A stretch of DNA of 61,761 nt, the filler included, from Globobulimina sp. (lineage: Eukaryota), in assembly GCA_003354225.1 (NCBI GenBank). It is 23 parts of 23 records of this genome, joined end to end, with 100 filler letters (N's around TTAATTAATTAA, not from the genome) between each part and the next. Parts side by side here need not be neighbours in the genome. Positions count along the whole stretch, not along the records: positions 24,232 to 26,822 come from PIVH01005839.1; positions 26,923 to 29,512 come from PIVH01005840.1; positions 29,613 to 32,202 come from PIVH01005841.1; positions 32,303 to 34,891 come from PIVH01005842.1; positions 34,992 to 37,580 come from PIVH01005843.1; 18 more parts are not named here. The stretch is one strand, 5' to 3'. The notes under the pieces are model-generated. The model did not search any database, was not told where the DNA came from, and saw only the letters and a list, made by a program, of their open reading frames with translations. The position numbers and the translations under genes are program-made. Positions 24,278-35,464 of this stretch are shown piece by piece (within the stretch, counting starts at the first letter, position 1; each line of letters starts with the position of its first letter).

Positions 24278-25927
24278 GTGAATCCAAAATATATCCAAAT
24301 AACAAATTTGAAGCAGGGTCGAGTTTTAAATAATAATTGTATTGAATATAAAATAAATTTATATGATGCCACAACAATAAAAAATGATGAACATTGTATT
24401 GAATATATTTTACGGATATTTGCTCCATCACAGTGTCCATATCCATATTATATTGGTGTTGATCAAGGAATTTTATTTAATATAAAATATAAAAACGTTT
24501 TTGTAATAAAAGATTTTATAAATTATATATTTGAAACAATCAAAAATGGTAAAAATAATAAATTTCTATATCATCAATTTATCGATTTAATTCCTTTGCT
24601 CGATGATGAAAATAACTGTATATTAACACCAAATTGCAGTAGCACATATATTACGCCCTACCATTTCAATGAAAGATATGTTTATTGTTCAGAATTAGAG
24701 ACCAACTTTGATTTATTTTTGTTTAATCACAAAGCAAATAATACTAGTAATGAGCATGCAGATAAAATAAGTTTGCAAATTAAATTTATATCTAATTCAT
24801 GTATTTCTGATCCTGATGTTCCACCACTTCCTTTACCACCATATAAACCAAAACAGTATATATCAGAAATTGAATTATACGCATTACAACTCGATGACCA
24901 AATATTCCATCGTGATTACCAGGGACGTTGGTTTGCCGCAGAAATAATTGATGCAACAGTAATTGCCGTACAAATTCATTACATTGGATTCACAGCGAGA
25001 TATGATGTGTGGTGTGATATCAGTGATTCTCATCGATTCGGTACATATGATACGCATCCATATTCAACACATTCTTTTGAAAACGTGAATGGATACAAAG
25101 TTGGTGATAATGTATTTTATAAGCAAACATGCGATCCGATTCATGATTATTGGATACCAGCTGAGATTTCTAATATTGAGGAAAATGGCACTGTACGGTT
25201 TGATAATCCTCGATATTATACGCACATTGATAATACAAATGAAATTCGGAAATATAACCCAAACGGACCACAATTTGCTTTATCAAAATATCATCGAAAT
25301 GAAATGATGAAACATAAAAATAATCCAAATGGTATTACAGTAAATAATAAATTTAAAAGGTTTATTGGTTTACCATTGAACATTTTCATTGGGAAAGAGG
25401 ATAAGTTGCAAGATATTGTCAATAAATATTTGATTCATTCCAAAGATTTTATTATGACAATTTACAGAGTTAAACATGGCGCAACAAATAAATTAATATC
25501 AATCTCTAAAAATAAAAGGAATTTATATAAACCATATTATGAATTTATTAAAAAATGTGCCAATGATTTCATATTGATTAAGTTAAAAAAATGTAATCAA
25601 AAAACGTTTGATATTCCAATATATCCCAAAAGTATTATTGGTGGGAAAGAATTAATATGTTCAAATAAAAAAGAAATGGAAATTATTATAAAATTGCTGT
25701 TTGATGATAAATATTCAGAGAATAATTTATCGGGAAAAATATCAAAACGGTTAATGGAAATATATGGCGAAGAAGGTTTTGTATGGATTGATATTGTGAG
25801 TGATTTGAAGGATGATGAAGATAATTGTTTTACTGTAAACTATTTGGTGGAAATATTTGCTGAGTATGATGTTGAAATGGACAAAGAATATATTTGGAAT
25901 TTATTAAAAAGGTGTAAACCAATTTAA
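24278..25927 (+). CDS. Protein with tandem Tudor/chromo-barrel-like domains (5' end uncertain)
   Basis: HRDYQGRWFAAEII...IHYIGFTARYDVW and YKVGDNV...WIPAEI. Confidence 0.7.
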   Translation: MNPKYIQITNLKQGRVLNNNCIEYKINLYDATTIKNDEHCIEYILRIFAPSQCPYPYYIGVDQGILFNIKYKNVFVIKDFINYIFETIKNGKNNKFLYHQFIDLIPLLDDENNCILTPNCSSTYITPYHFNERYVYCSELETNFDLFLFNHKANNTSNEHADKISLQIKFISNSCISDPDVPPLPLPPYKPKQYISEIELYALQLDDQIFHRDYQGRWFAAEIIDATVIAVQIHYIGFTARYDVWCDISDSHRFGTYDTHPYSTHSFENVNGYKVGDNVFYKQTCDPIHDYWIPAEISNIEENGTVRFDNPRYYTHIDNTNEIRKYNPNGPQFALSKYHRNEMMKHKNNPNGITVNNKFKRFIGLPLNIFIGKEDKLQDIVNKYLIHSKDFIMTIYRVKHGATNKLISISKNKRNLYKPYYEFIKKCANDFILIKLKKCNQKTFDIPIYPKSIIGGKELICSNKKEMEIIIKLLFDDKYSENNLSGKISKRLMEIYGEEGFVWIDIVSDLKDDEDNCFTVNYLVEIFAEYDVEMDKEYIWNLLKRCKPI

Positions 25928-26135
25928 AGAAATTAATTAATGATTTATATAAATACTTTATTCCTATCCATTAACCATTGCATATACTTTACTATATGCG
26001 TCCAAATAAACACACTGTTCCAAACATTTTTCATTATAAATACTTAACAGCATGATCATGATATGCTGCTAGTTTGGGCATTAACCTGCATTATGCTGAC
26101 CAGTGAACTGGAAAAAATATTTGTTTAAGCTCACC

Positions 26136-26822
26136 ATGTCTTGGTTGCGATGTGAATCATTTCCATTTAATAATCCATTTAATAATCCATTTATTCTTAG
26201 CTATTGTTCTGAAATATTAACAATAAACAAGAATGAGTTTGCGATGGTTTGTTCAACAGACGCTCATATTAATGACGATGCGATATATAAATACAATGTA
26301 AATGATAATGAATGGATTAAAATAATGGATTATGATAAAGATTTTAAATCATTTCGTTCCATCGCTGTTGATGAATCCAATCAATTAATATATGCTTGCG
26401 GTGATACTGGTGATCAACATCAATTATTAGAATTTAACTTAAATTCAAAATCTATGAAAATATTCTCAGAAAATGCTATCATTAATGGTTTTTCAAAAAT
26501 AATTTGTATTCATGGTGTTATTCATTTAATTTCCGGCTATTACAATAAACATTATACATTTGATAAAAATACAAAATCATTCAATGAAATACACCAATTA
26601 AATGTTAATCATTCAGGCTTTCTTAGTAATATTATATACAGTATTTAAAATCAAAGAAAACAATGATATTATTTGATAGTGACAATTCAGAAATGCATGA
26701 ATTTCAAACTTGGAATAATAAATGGAATAAATATGAATGTAAATCAATGCCTCTTTTAAGACATTCATCAATTGTTTGTACTAAAAATGAAAAATATTTG
26801 GTTGTTTTAGGAGGATATCTGG
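26136..26822 (+). pseudogene. Kelch-like beta-propeller fragment with a frameshift near 26640
   Basis: IYKYN..DNEW, IHLISG, YLVVLGGY. The continuation YLKSKKTMILF is in a different frame with no room for an intron. Confidence 0.6.
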
Positions 26823-26922
26823 NNNNNNNNNNNNNNNNNNNNNNNNNNNNNNNNNNNNNNNNNNNNTTAATTAATTAANNNNNNNNNNNNNNNNNNNNNN
26901 NNNNNNNNNNNNNNNNNNNNNN

Positions 26923-27846
26923 TTCTTTTGATCATCACTTTACAGCCAACATTGCGATAATCGCAATGGATTTTGGTTTCTGGACATTCTGTTTTATGCC
27001 GTTCCATCTCTTTCCGTACCAATACTCGCTTACATTTACTACATTGTATACGGCCTAATTCACACTCTCCATTCAAATGATTACTCATTTTATTCCGTGG
27101 AATATTACATTTAGTACATTGTTCGCATTGTATTGGGTATAATTTGCATTCCTTATTATGATGCATTGTGTCTTTACGTACGATTAAATTATGGCAATAT
27201 GTACATTTAATTGCATGTAATGCGCATTGCGATTTGTGTTTTTTTAATTCGCTCCAAGCTCCGGTCCAATCACATAATTCAAATCCATCTCTGTCTCGGT
27301 CTCGGTCTCTGCTGTCATTATCTTCCCGTTTCGAGTGTGTTTCCGATCGTTTTCTGAGTTTGGTATTGTTTATTTATTGTATTATAATTTATAAATGGAA
27401 TTTGAAGTATACCTATCACGAGATCTCGATCTCGAAGATGTTGAATTTGAAGCTGATCGGTTGTAGTTCCGTGCGGATGATCTATGTCTGTGGTTGTCTG
27501 AATTATTATGGTTGTGGTTGTGATGATTTATTTTGCTGTTCCGGTCACGAATCATTTGTGCTTTTTTTGGTGTAATCTCCCAATTTGGACATCGAACTTG
27601 TAATTGATCCATTCTCCGGTCAATCCATTCCATTCGGTTTATGTGTTTGGTGTGACATAGTTTACGACAACTTGGACATGGGAACTTATTGCCAGGTGTA
27701 TGGGATAATAAATCCGTAATGCATTCGTGACAAAAAATGTGGGAACCACAACCGATATAAACTGGTTTACACAGTTTTTCTAAACATATTACACAATCAT
27801 ATTCCACTGCAGCTTGTTTATCTAAAAAGGTGACTTTCGAAGACAT
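26923..27846 (-). CDS. TRAF-like protein (RING, RS-rich linker, TRAF zinc fingers), 3' truncated
   Basis: C3HC4 RING CVIC...CGSHIFCHECI...CPSCR, then V.CPN and repeated CxxC..H..EC fingers. Intron about 27354-27412. Confidence 0.9.
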
Positions 27847-28263
27847 GTAGAGGTTAAGTTGGAACAATTTACACTAAACGATGCTATTAAAAAGATGCCC
27901 CCTGTATTCCGTTATAGTCAGTGAGCCGGCTCGAAAGATTCAGTGTATTATCTGAAGGCAAAAAAATGCGTAAAAATATAGCTTCATCTTTGCAACTACT
28001 TTAGAATAGGTGTTAGAAAACACTTTGATCAAAGTATTTAGAACTCTCAACTTATTTTAATGTTACCAGTATTTGTTAATATTTCGAAATTGACAAAATA
28101 AACATCTCAAAATTAAGAAAATAAAATAAAACTGTATAAATCAAACAAGCCGTATGAAACGCATTAATCATGAAAATAATGCCACAAAGTGTTTTAAACA
28201 CATTGAAGCACCAAAAGATCGCTTTTATGCATTAGCCGGCATTGCATTGACTGATTGTTTGTA

Positions 28264-29379
28264 TCACTGATATTTCGGCACAATTGTATCTTTTCTTCCT
28301 TTCATCCTTTCAATTTCCTTATCCTTTTCACATACCAATCGCTGTAAATATTCGATTTTTTCGTCTTTTTCACACATTAACCTCACAATATCATCACTCG
28401 TTGCTTTAATTTCGCTGATATTATTCGAAAACCATAAATATTCGTTCCCATCAGTTAGCGGTTCAAATAATGCCAATTTACGATGAATATCAACATAATC
28501 CACACAGATGGTGACCGGCATCAGTTGTCCTTTCCCATTATAATCAAATACAATGCCAATCCAGTTATTACTCCTTAATTGCACCGGTAATAACATCTGA
28601 TATCTATACACTGCATTTTGCTCTTTTTTATCAAACCATATAATTGGAATCAACTCATATTTCCCAATACAATCTGTAATACATTCGAATAACTCCGCAA
28701 ATGACAGATGCAATGGTTGAGTGGATGGTTTTTTTCGAATCTGTTCTAATTTAGTTATCTTATGCACATTTGCAGTCACATTATAATTTCGGACATCATT
28801 CATATATTTCGCTTTTCCAATTGCTACTTTTTTATATAAATCCGGTCGGCAGCCCCGGCCTAAATCATTTGCATTTATCTGATATTGCAAATATATCTCA
28901 TCTGCGGTCATAAACTGTGTCATTTTCCATTTTGCAGCGTGTTGTTTTCGAGCATCATTCTGTGTGCCAACAATGTATAAAGTTGCTCCAGTAACAGATG
29001 AATGTAAGTCAGAATTGAATAGAACTAATTGTCGATCATGAGTATTTGGAGTGGATTGAAATAGTTTATATTTGGCATCAATTACTTGCATCCGGCAGGT
29101 CCAGCGGAGGTAGTAAAACAAACATGATTCTGTAGCGAAAAACTCTTTTATTGCGTTTTTGCGAACAGCATCCCGAGTGATATTGGCTGAGACAAATATG
29201 GTTTGTCGTAATTTCAATACATTTTGCGATGAATGTAAAGGCATAGATGTCCATTCGTAATAATTTGCAGCAGGAAATTCAAATTTTTTTTCTTCGATAA
29301 TTGGTGACAGCACAGCAGGTGTTTGATGTGGTGTAAATGGTGCGGCGTCTGGGTTTAATGCTTGATCGTTTGGTAGCAT
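28264..29379 (-). CDS. Divergent DUF3825-like protein with N-terminal PAM2-like motif and C-terminal coiled coil
   Basis: LNPDAAPFTP; LFYYL..T, LFNSDL, LIPIIW...YQMLLPVQL. Confidence 0.6.
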   Translation of the reverse strand: MLPNDQALNPDAAPFTPHQTPAVLSPIIEEKKFEFPAANYYEWTSMPLHSSQNVLKLRQTIFVSANITRDAVRKNAIKEFFATESCLFYYLRWTCRMQVIDAKYKLFQSTPNTHDRQLVLFNSDLHSSVTGATLYIVGTQNDARKQHAAKWKMTQFMTADEIYLQYQINANDLGRGCRPDLYKKVAIGKAKYMNDVRNYNVTANVHKITKLEQIRKKPSTQPLHLSFAELFECITDCIGKYELIPIIWFDKKEQNAVYRYQMLLPVQLRSNNWIGIVFDYNGKGQLMPVTICVDYVDIHRKLALFEPLTDGNEYLWFSNNISEIKATSDDIVRLMCEKDEKIEYLQRLVCEKDKEIERMKGRKDTIVPKYQ

Positions 29380-29689
29380 CCTAGATTCGTTTAATATACT
29401 ATATATTATATGGAAAGTTTTTTTATTCAGTTCAATTTAGCTTCTGTCCAGTTGATTTTCTAAACTTTCTTTTTACAAATAAACATCCGCCATGGTTGAA
29501 ACTCTGTGGCATNNNNNNNNNNNNNNNNNNNNNNNNNNNNNNNNNNNNNNNNNNNNTTAATTAATTAANNNNNNNNNNNNNNNNNNNNNNNNNNNNNNNN
29601 NNNNNNNNNNNNTCAGAGCCTGATATTAAGATTTTCTTGAAGTGAGCTAGTCTTCAGAAGAATTGTAAACTTAAACAGCTAATCAAAGA

Positions 29690-30829
29690 ATGGAGTCTTC
29701 AGAAGTTGACATGGTATATCATCTGCAATCATTTGATACAGACAATTGCAATTCTGCTCTAATATTAAATTCTGCATTTAAATGGCTGGATAAATTAATT
29801 CTATATACACCAATGCTGTGTCCAATTGCACCAAATCAACAAAAACGATCAAAAGTTCTTACTACATTGGTATTATTGCTTACAATGTGTGGTATTGCAT
29901 ATTATGCATCATATATTAGCTTGGCAGCAATAAATGATTTTGATTTTATTGAAATGATTGCTGAGGAATGTTTTCTTGCTGCATTTATTGCATCTAAATC
30001 ATTTGCAACATATTATTATTTATTTAAATTTAATTATCCATGGAATACGACACCATCACTAATAAGAGACATCAACAAAACTAATATAAATTATTATAAT
30101 GATACAATTACATATTATAAACGGATAATTATTGTATTTGTAATAATAATAATTACAACCGATGTTATTCAAATAATACCACAGTTGACACTACTTGATC
30201 CATTAGTAATTATTGCTGCTATTTGTGAACGAATACTCGTTTTTTATCCGTTAGTGATCACAGTGTGTGTTGGAGATGGAATATTTGTAAAATATGCAAT
30301 TTATATTCGTGAATTAAGCCACAATCTTGATAATATGAAACATAATGCAGTCAATAATATATTCAATGATTATAAGACATTATATGAATCATTTGACAAT
30401 GAATATCATTTCGCATTAAAATGGTGTATACACATTTTCTTATTGGCCATATTTAATGATCTTTGGATAACATCATATAATATATTAATGGCAAACGACG
30501 ATATATGGGTAAATATATTAAATTGTTTTAGTGATTGTGTTATATTTTTATTGTATATTATTCCAGCATCTTTATTGAGTGAATCGTTTGAAAAATTTGA
30601 AGATTTATTATGGAAACAGGGACAAAAATGTATGGATAATGATGATAAACAGTCAGAGGATAGAAAATGGCAACAATTTAATTATTTTATTCAATTTTCG
30701 TTGTTCCGTTTTCCCGTTAATGTCAGGATTGGAGGTTTTGTTATATCAAAGAAAAATGGTTTGAAAGTATTGGCAGGTTTTATTGCTGCAAAAATGATTT
30801 CATATTCAATACGGTATTTTGTTTATTGA
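29690..30829 (+). CDS. 7-TM protein resembling gustatory-receptor-like ion channels
   Basis: About 7 hydrophobic segments, a long loop before TM5, and C-terminal PVNVRIGGFVISK...LAGFIAAKMISY. Confidence 0.65.
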   Translation: MESSEVDMVYHLQSFDTDNCNSALILNSAFKWLDKLILYTPMLCPIAPNQQKRSKVLTTLVLLLTMCGIAYYASYISLAAINDFDFIEMIAEECFLAAFIASKSFATYYYLFKFNYPWNTTPSLIRDINKTNINYYNDTITYYKRIIIVFVIIIITTDVIQIIPQLTLLDPLVIIAAICERILVFYPLVITVCVGDGIFVKYAIYIRELSHNLDNMKHNAVNNIFNDYKTLYESFDNEYHFALKWCIHIFLLAIFNDLWITSYNILMANDDIWVNILNCFSDCVIFLLYIIPASLLSESFEKFEDLLWKQGQKCMDNDDKQSEDRKWQQFNYFIQFSLFRFPVNVRIGGFVISKKNGLKVLAGFIAAKMISYSIRYFVY

Positions 30830-31465
30830 CATTGTTTCAAATTTTGACATTGTTTCACAATATGTTTTATAATAAGTGACATCAAAGGTTTGCAGCTGTA
30901 TATATTAATTTCAATGTACCATTCTCTTCAAAACTTCAAAAGCCAAACTCATCGTTCAAGTCTATTTCGCGAGATCTTAGATATTGAAGTTTTTTTGAAG
31001 TGAGGCAGCTAGTCATCACAGAAATTTCTGGAAACTATCGCTTGACGCAAATATTTTTCGAGTTCGAATAAATCGTAAGGAACATCCCAAAGCTAAAAAC
31101 GAGCGAGTATGTGGGAACATTTTCGAAGGAAGTAAATTAAAAATATATAATCTGTAAGAAAATACATAGAAAAAAAGTACATGAAGACAGAGAAGAAAAA
31201 ACATATAAGACAGAGAAAAAAAACATATAAGTACACAAAAAAAAAGTGACTATCACTTAAAATATAATACAATAATTTTTTAATGCATATCAATGATATT
31301 GTTGGTGGTACTGTACATGGCTTAAAATATCATGATGCAGAACGTACAAATAAACAGACAGAGGGAGCGAGAGAATAAAGAAAATCTTAAAAATCTTAAA
31401 AAAAAAACAAAAAAAAAAAAGAAAACGAACAGCATTATTTATATATAGATTACATACAATTCATT

Positions 31466-32202
31466 TTACAAATTAAGGGTAAAATCATTAATATTTTTAT
31501 TATCATTTCTTTTATGATTCGATATCGTAGAATGTAGCCACAAACTGTCGACGTAACCGACTAACCGCGCATTGGCGTACGCCATCTCGAGGGTTAATAT
31601 GGACTTTACACAATATATCTTATTATGTTCTTGAGATTTGTCGATTGCTAAGACAAATTTATAATTATTGCCATTGTATTTTGGAAATTTGATGATTAAC
31701 GGCAATAATAATTCCATTCTATATTTACCATGTTTTGTATCGACAAATCCTTTGAAAATAGCGTTTTTAGCACGAATATCTGTTACAAAAATACAACAAC
31801 ACAAACCTTGCGGCACAGCTAATCTTGGATTTAATTGCGCGATCCGTTGCGTTTTAGGTAAGGCGGTCACAAATGCACCAATCAACTCTGATAATTTTAA
31901 ATATTTATTGTTATCATCAAAAAATGCGGCACTTCCCATCACTTTAAATATTCGGTCTTGGTTTGTGGTCAAACGTTCCTCCCAATTTGCCTGTACATAT
32001 GACAAAATTGCCCAAAACACGCGTTTAGAACCAGAAAACACAGAAATTTATGTGTTCACACCTGAATTAAATATGTATCATCATACAATAAATCGGATAA
32101 ATGGTCCGAGAATTTAGTTCTTTTTGGTAAATATTTATTATTAAAAACAATTTTTGCTTCTTTGAATTTTTGTAACACCTCATGTTTGGATAAAAATGAA
32201 TT
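31466..32202 (-). CDS. DUF3825-domain protein, 3' part with introns
   Basis: AQLNPRLAVPQ...MELLLPL...SILTLEMAYANARLVGYVDSLWL. In-frame intron at about 31751-31807. Confidence 0.85.
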
Positions 32203-32494
32203 NNNNNNNNNNNNNNNNNNNNNNNNNNNNNNNNNNNNNNNNNNNNTTAATTAATTAANNNNNNNNNNNNNNNNNNNNNNNNNNNNNNNNNNNNNNNNNN
32301 NNGTATCTTGACTGGCCCGCCCCCTCGACGTGAAAAACTTTGTTTCTGGAAACACGTTACCCAGTCTCGATATTACTGAATATGGGTAAAATACTATGAC
32401 ATTATTTTGTGTTATTTTGTGTAATGAACTTTTAATTAGTTTTTGAAAAACAAAACATACAAAACGTTACTAGTTCTAAATTGACTTGACTTGA

Positions 32495-34891
32495 ATGGCA
32501 AATCCGTTAACTGTTGTTTATGTGCCAGCAGAGGATGAAGAGGATGTATACGAGGAAGCACAATTACTCGATAGTGACGGTCCAAATCATTACCATGTAC
32601 GTCTAGAATCAGGGCGTGAAATGCGCGTAGAATGTAAAAGCTGTCTACCTGCACCGGTATTAGGGCCAGAAGGGGAACAAGATATGATATTTTTGGAACA
32701 TCTAAACGAAGCTTCATTATTACACAATTTACGTAAACGCTTTTTTACAGAATTAATCTACACCTATACAGGATCCATATTAATGTCAGTCAATCCATAC
32801 AGAATGTTGCCAATCTACACACCATCGATCCGCAGAGCGTATGCCGGCAAAGGTTTGATGGCCTGCCCGCCGCATATATTTGCCATTGCCGACGTCTGTT
32901 ACAGAGCCATGTTATCAGAATCTGTGGATCAATCTGTGCTCATCTCCGGTGAATCTGGTGCCGGCAAAACCGAATGCTGCAAATTGATTATGTCGTACTT
33001 GGCCTTCATCTCAGAACAAGAAACCTATGATGAAAGCATAGCTATCGACACTCAGAACAGCGATGGCATCCCGCCCAATGAGAAAGTATTAGCCACCAAT
33101 CCGGTATTAGAAGCATTTGGAAATGCAAAAACAGTGAGGAATGATAACTCCTCGCGCTTTGGCAAGATGTTGGACGTTCAATTTGATGGCACCGGCTTAT
33201 TGATTGGCGCCTCGATTCGACAGTATTTATTGGAACAGATCCGCGTCATCGCCCAAATGGACGAGGAACGTAACTTCCATTGCTTTTATTATATCTGTGC
33301 CGGTGCAGATAAAACGGAGCGGGAACGTTTCAGTGTGACGCAAGCCAAAGATTATTATTATACCAACCAATCGGGCATCTACGAGCTGCCAAATATCAAC
33401 AGCAAGTACGAATATATTGAGCTAAAACGCGCGATGGGCACTGCCGGGATAACGCCGCCGACCATCTTCAATGTGATGAAGTTGATGGCTGCTATCTTGT
33501 GGTTAGGCAACATCCAGTTTGAGGAGTATGGCGACAGCAAATGCCGTGTGTTGGACACCTCTGTGGTGAAATGGGCGGCGTTGTTGTTGGAGGTGAAGCC
33601 GGCCATTTTGACCAAGGCGCTTATTACACGCGAGAATAGCATCAGAGGCGAGATTTTTATCGTGCCATTGTCGAAAGAAAAGTCGTTGACTCGACGCGAC
33701 AGTTTGGCCAAGATGTTATATCAGAAAAACTTTGAACGGATTGTCGAGCGATTGAATGAAAACATTGATGCAACGCATACCTTTGCTGGCTTAACCAAGC
33801 ATCATTGTGTGTTGCTGGATATTTTCGGCTTTGAAGTGTTTGAGAATAATTATTTCGAGCAATTTTGCATCAATTTCGCCAATGAAAGGTTGCAATTTGA
33901 GTTCAATGAACATATCTTTCGTTTGGAACAACAAGTGTATAAATCTGAGAATATCGACATTTCTTCGTTTCGCTACAATGATAACAAGCCGACCATCCAT
34001 TTAATCGAGAAAAAGCCGCAAGGCATCCTGTGGCTGCTCGACGAACAGGCCAAATTTCCGCAATCTACCGACAAATCCTTCTATGAGAAAATATGCGCAG
34101 TGCACAAGAAGCGGAAAAGGGTGTTCGTGCAACCGCGATTCAGCACAAATCTGATAATTATTAAGCACTACGCCGGCGACGTCGAGTATGATACGATTGG
34201 ATTCCTCGAGAAGACCAAGAAATCGTTTGGTATTCAAATGTTGCGAATGATGCGCCATTCGGCACAAAAAGAGTACGTCCAATTGTTTCAAAAAGAGAAT
34301 GAAGAAAAAGAGAAAGGCGGCAGATCCAAATCGGGCAAACACAGCAAACGCAGCGTAGGCATCGAATTTCGCAATGCTTTGAGCAAACTGATGGCGGATT
34401 TAAAGCAAACGGAGCCGCACTACGTCCGCTGTATTAAGCCGAATGAGTTGAAATCGCATCAACATTTCAACGGCGTCTCTGTGCTGCGGCAACTGCGCTG
34501 TTCCGGCGTATTGGAGACGATTCGAATACGGAGTGGCGGCTATCCCAATCGGCGCGCCTTCAAAGAGTTTATTCAACGCTATTTGGTGTTGGCTCCCTCT
34601 ACGCAGAGAAAGGGCGGACCGCGCAATGTCATCGATAATATGTGCTCGTTGCTGCAGATCGAAAAAGAAGAATATCGGCTGGGAATCACAAAGATCTTTT
34701 TAAAGGACAAAGTATTCCATCGATTGGAAGGGAAACGCAACGCATTGTTCACAGAGTCTGCCAGTATGATCCAAAAGTTTTGTCGCGGCTACAACGCGAG
34801 AATGGAATTTTGGATCGTTAAGGCTTCGGCGGAATTGTTGCAGTACCGATTGAGGCAATATTTGAGAGCAGCAGATCCGTCGCAAACAGTG
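32495..34891 (+). CDS. Myosin heavy chain (motor domain plus IQ), 3' truncated
   Basis: GESGAGKTE, LEAFGNAKTVRNDNSSRFGK, DIFGFE, FCINFANE.LQ, PHYVRCIKPN, IQKFCRGY. Confidence 0.98.
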
Positions 34892-35464
34892 NNNNNNNNN
34901 NNNNNNNNNNNNNNNNNNNNNNNNNNNNNNNNNNNTTAATTAATTAANNNNNNNNNNNNNNNNNNNNNNNNNNNNNNNNNNNNNNNNNNNNTTTTTTTAT
35001 CAACTTTTTCAAAACAAACGGCAATTTCGTATCTGATAAATTGTTCACTCTCTTTAGGCCTCTCCGATAAGTACTGATTGTTTTACTGTTCGAAAACGCT
35101 TTTCTTTCATAGTCATCTATGTACCATCTTGAGGCATTTATATTAATTTAATTCTTGAGGCATTTATGGTGTATAAATCGCACGTAGCTGAATTGAGAGA
35201 GAGATGCTTTATACAATGGATCACTCAGTAAACAATTATCTGCGTGACATGCAGTCTCCAAAAACTGTGCTCGAGTGCTTCAAAGCCGTGTCATTTTAAT
35301 AGCAGCCCTAACTGAACCTGCACGAGACCTTATTGTATGATCAATTTATTAGAGGAATCAGTACGTACAGCAGTAAAACAGATATTGTATGTAAAACTAT
35401 CCTCGCACTCAACACATACACTCCCTCATACAACACAACACAAAACAGAGAGGAGCAAACTATA

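Noticed and set aside
33379-34885. Many short antisense ORFs inside myosin (similarly in PANK, coronin, MFS)
   Set aside because: Shadow ORFs of well-supported genes with no motifs of their own.
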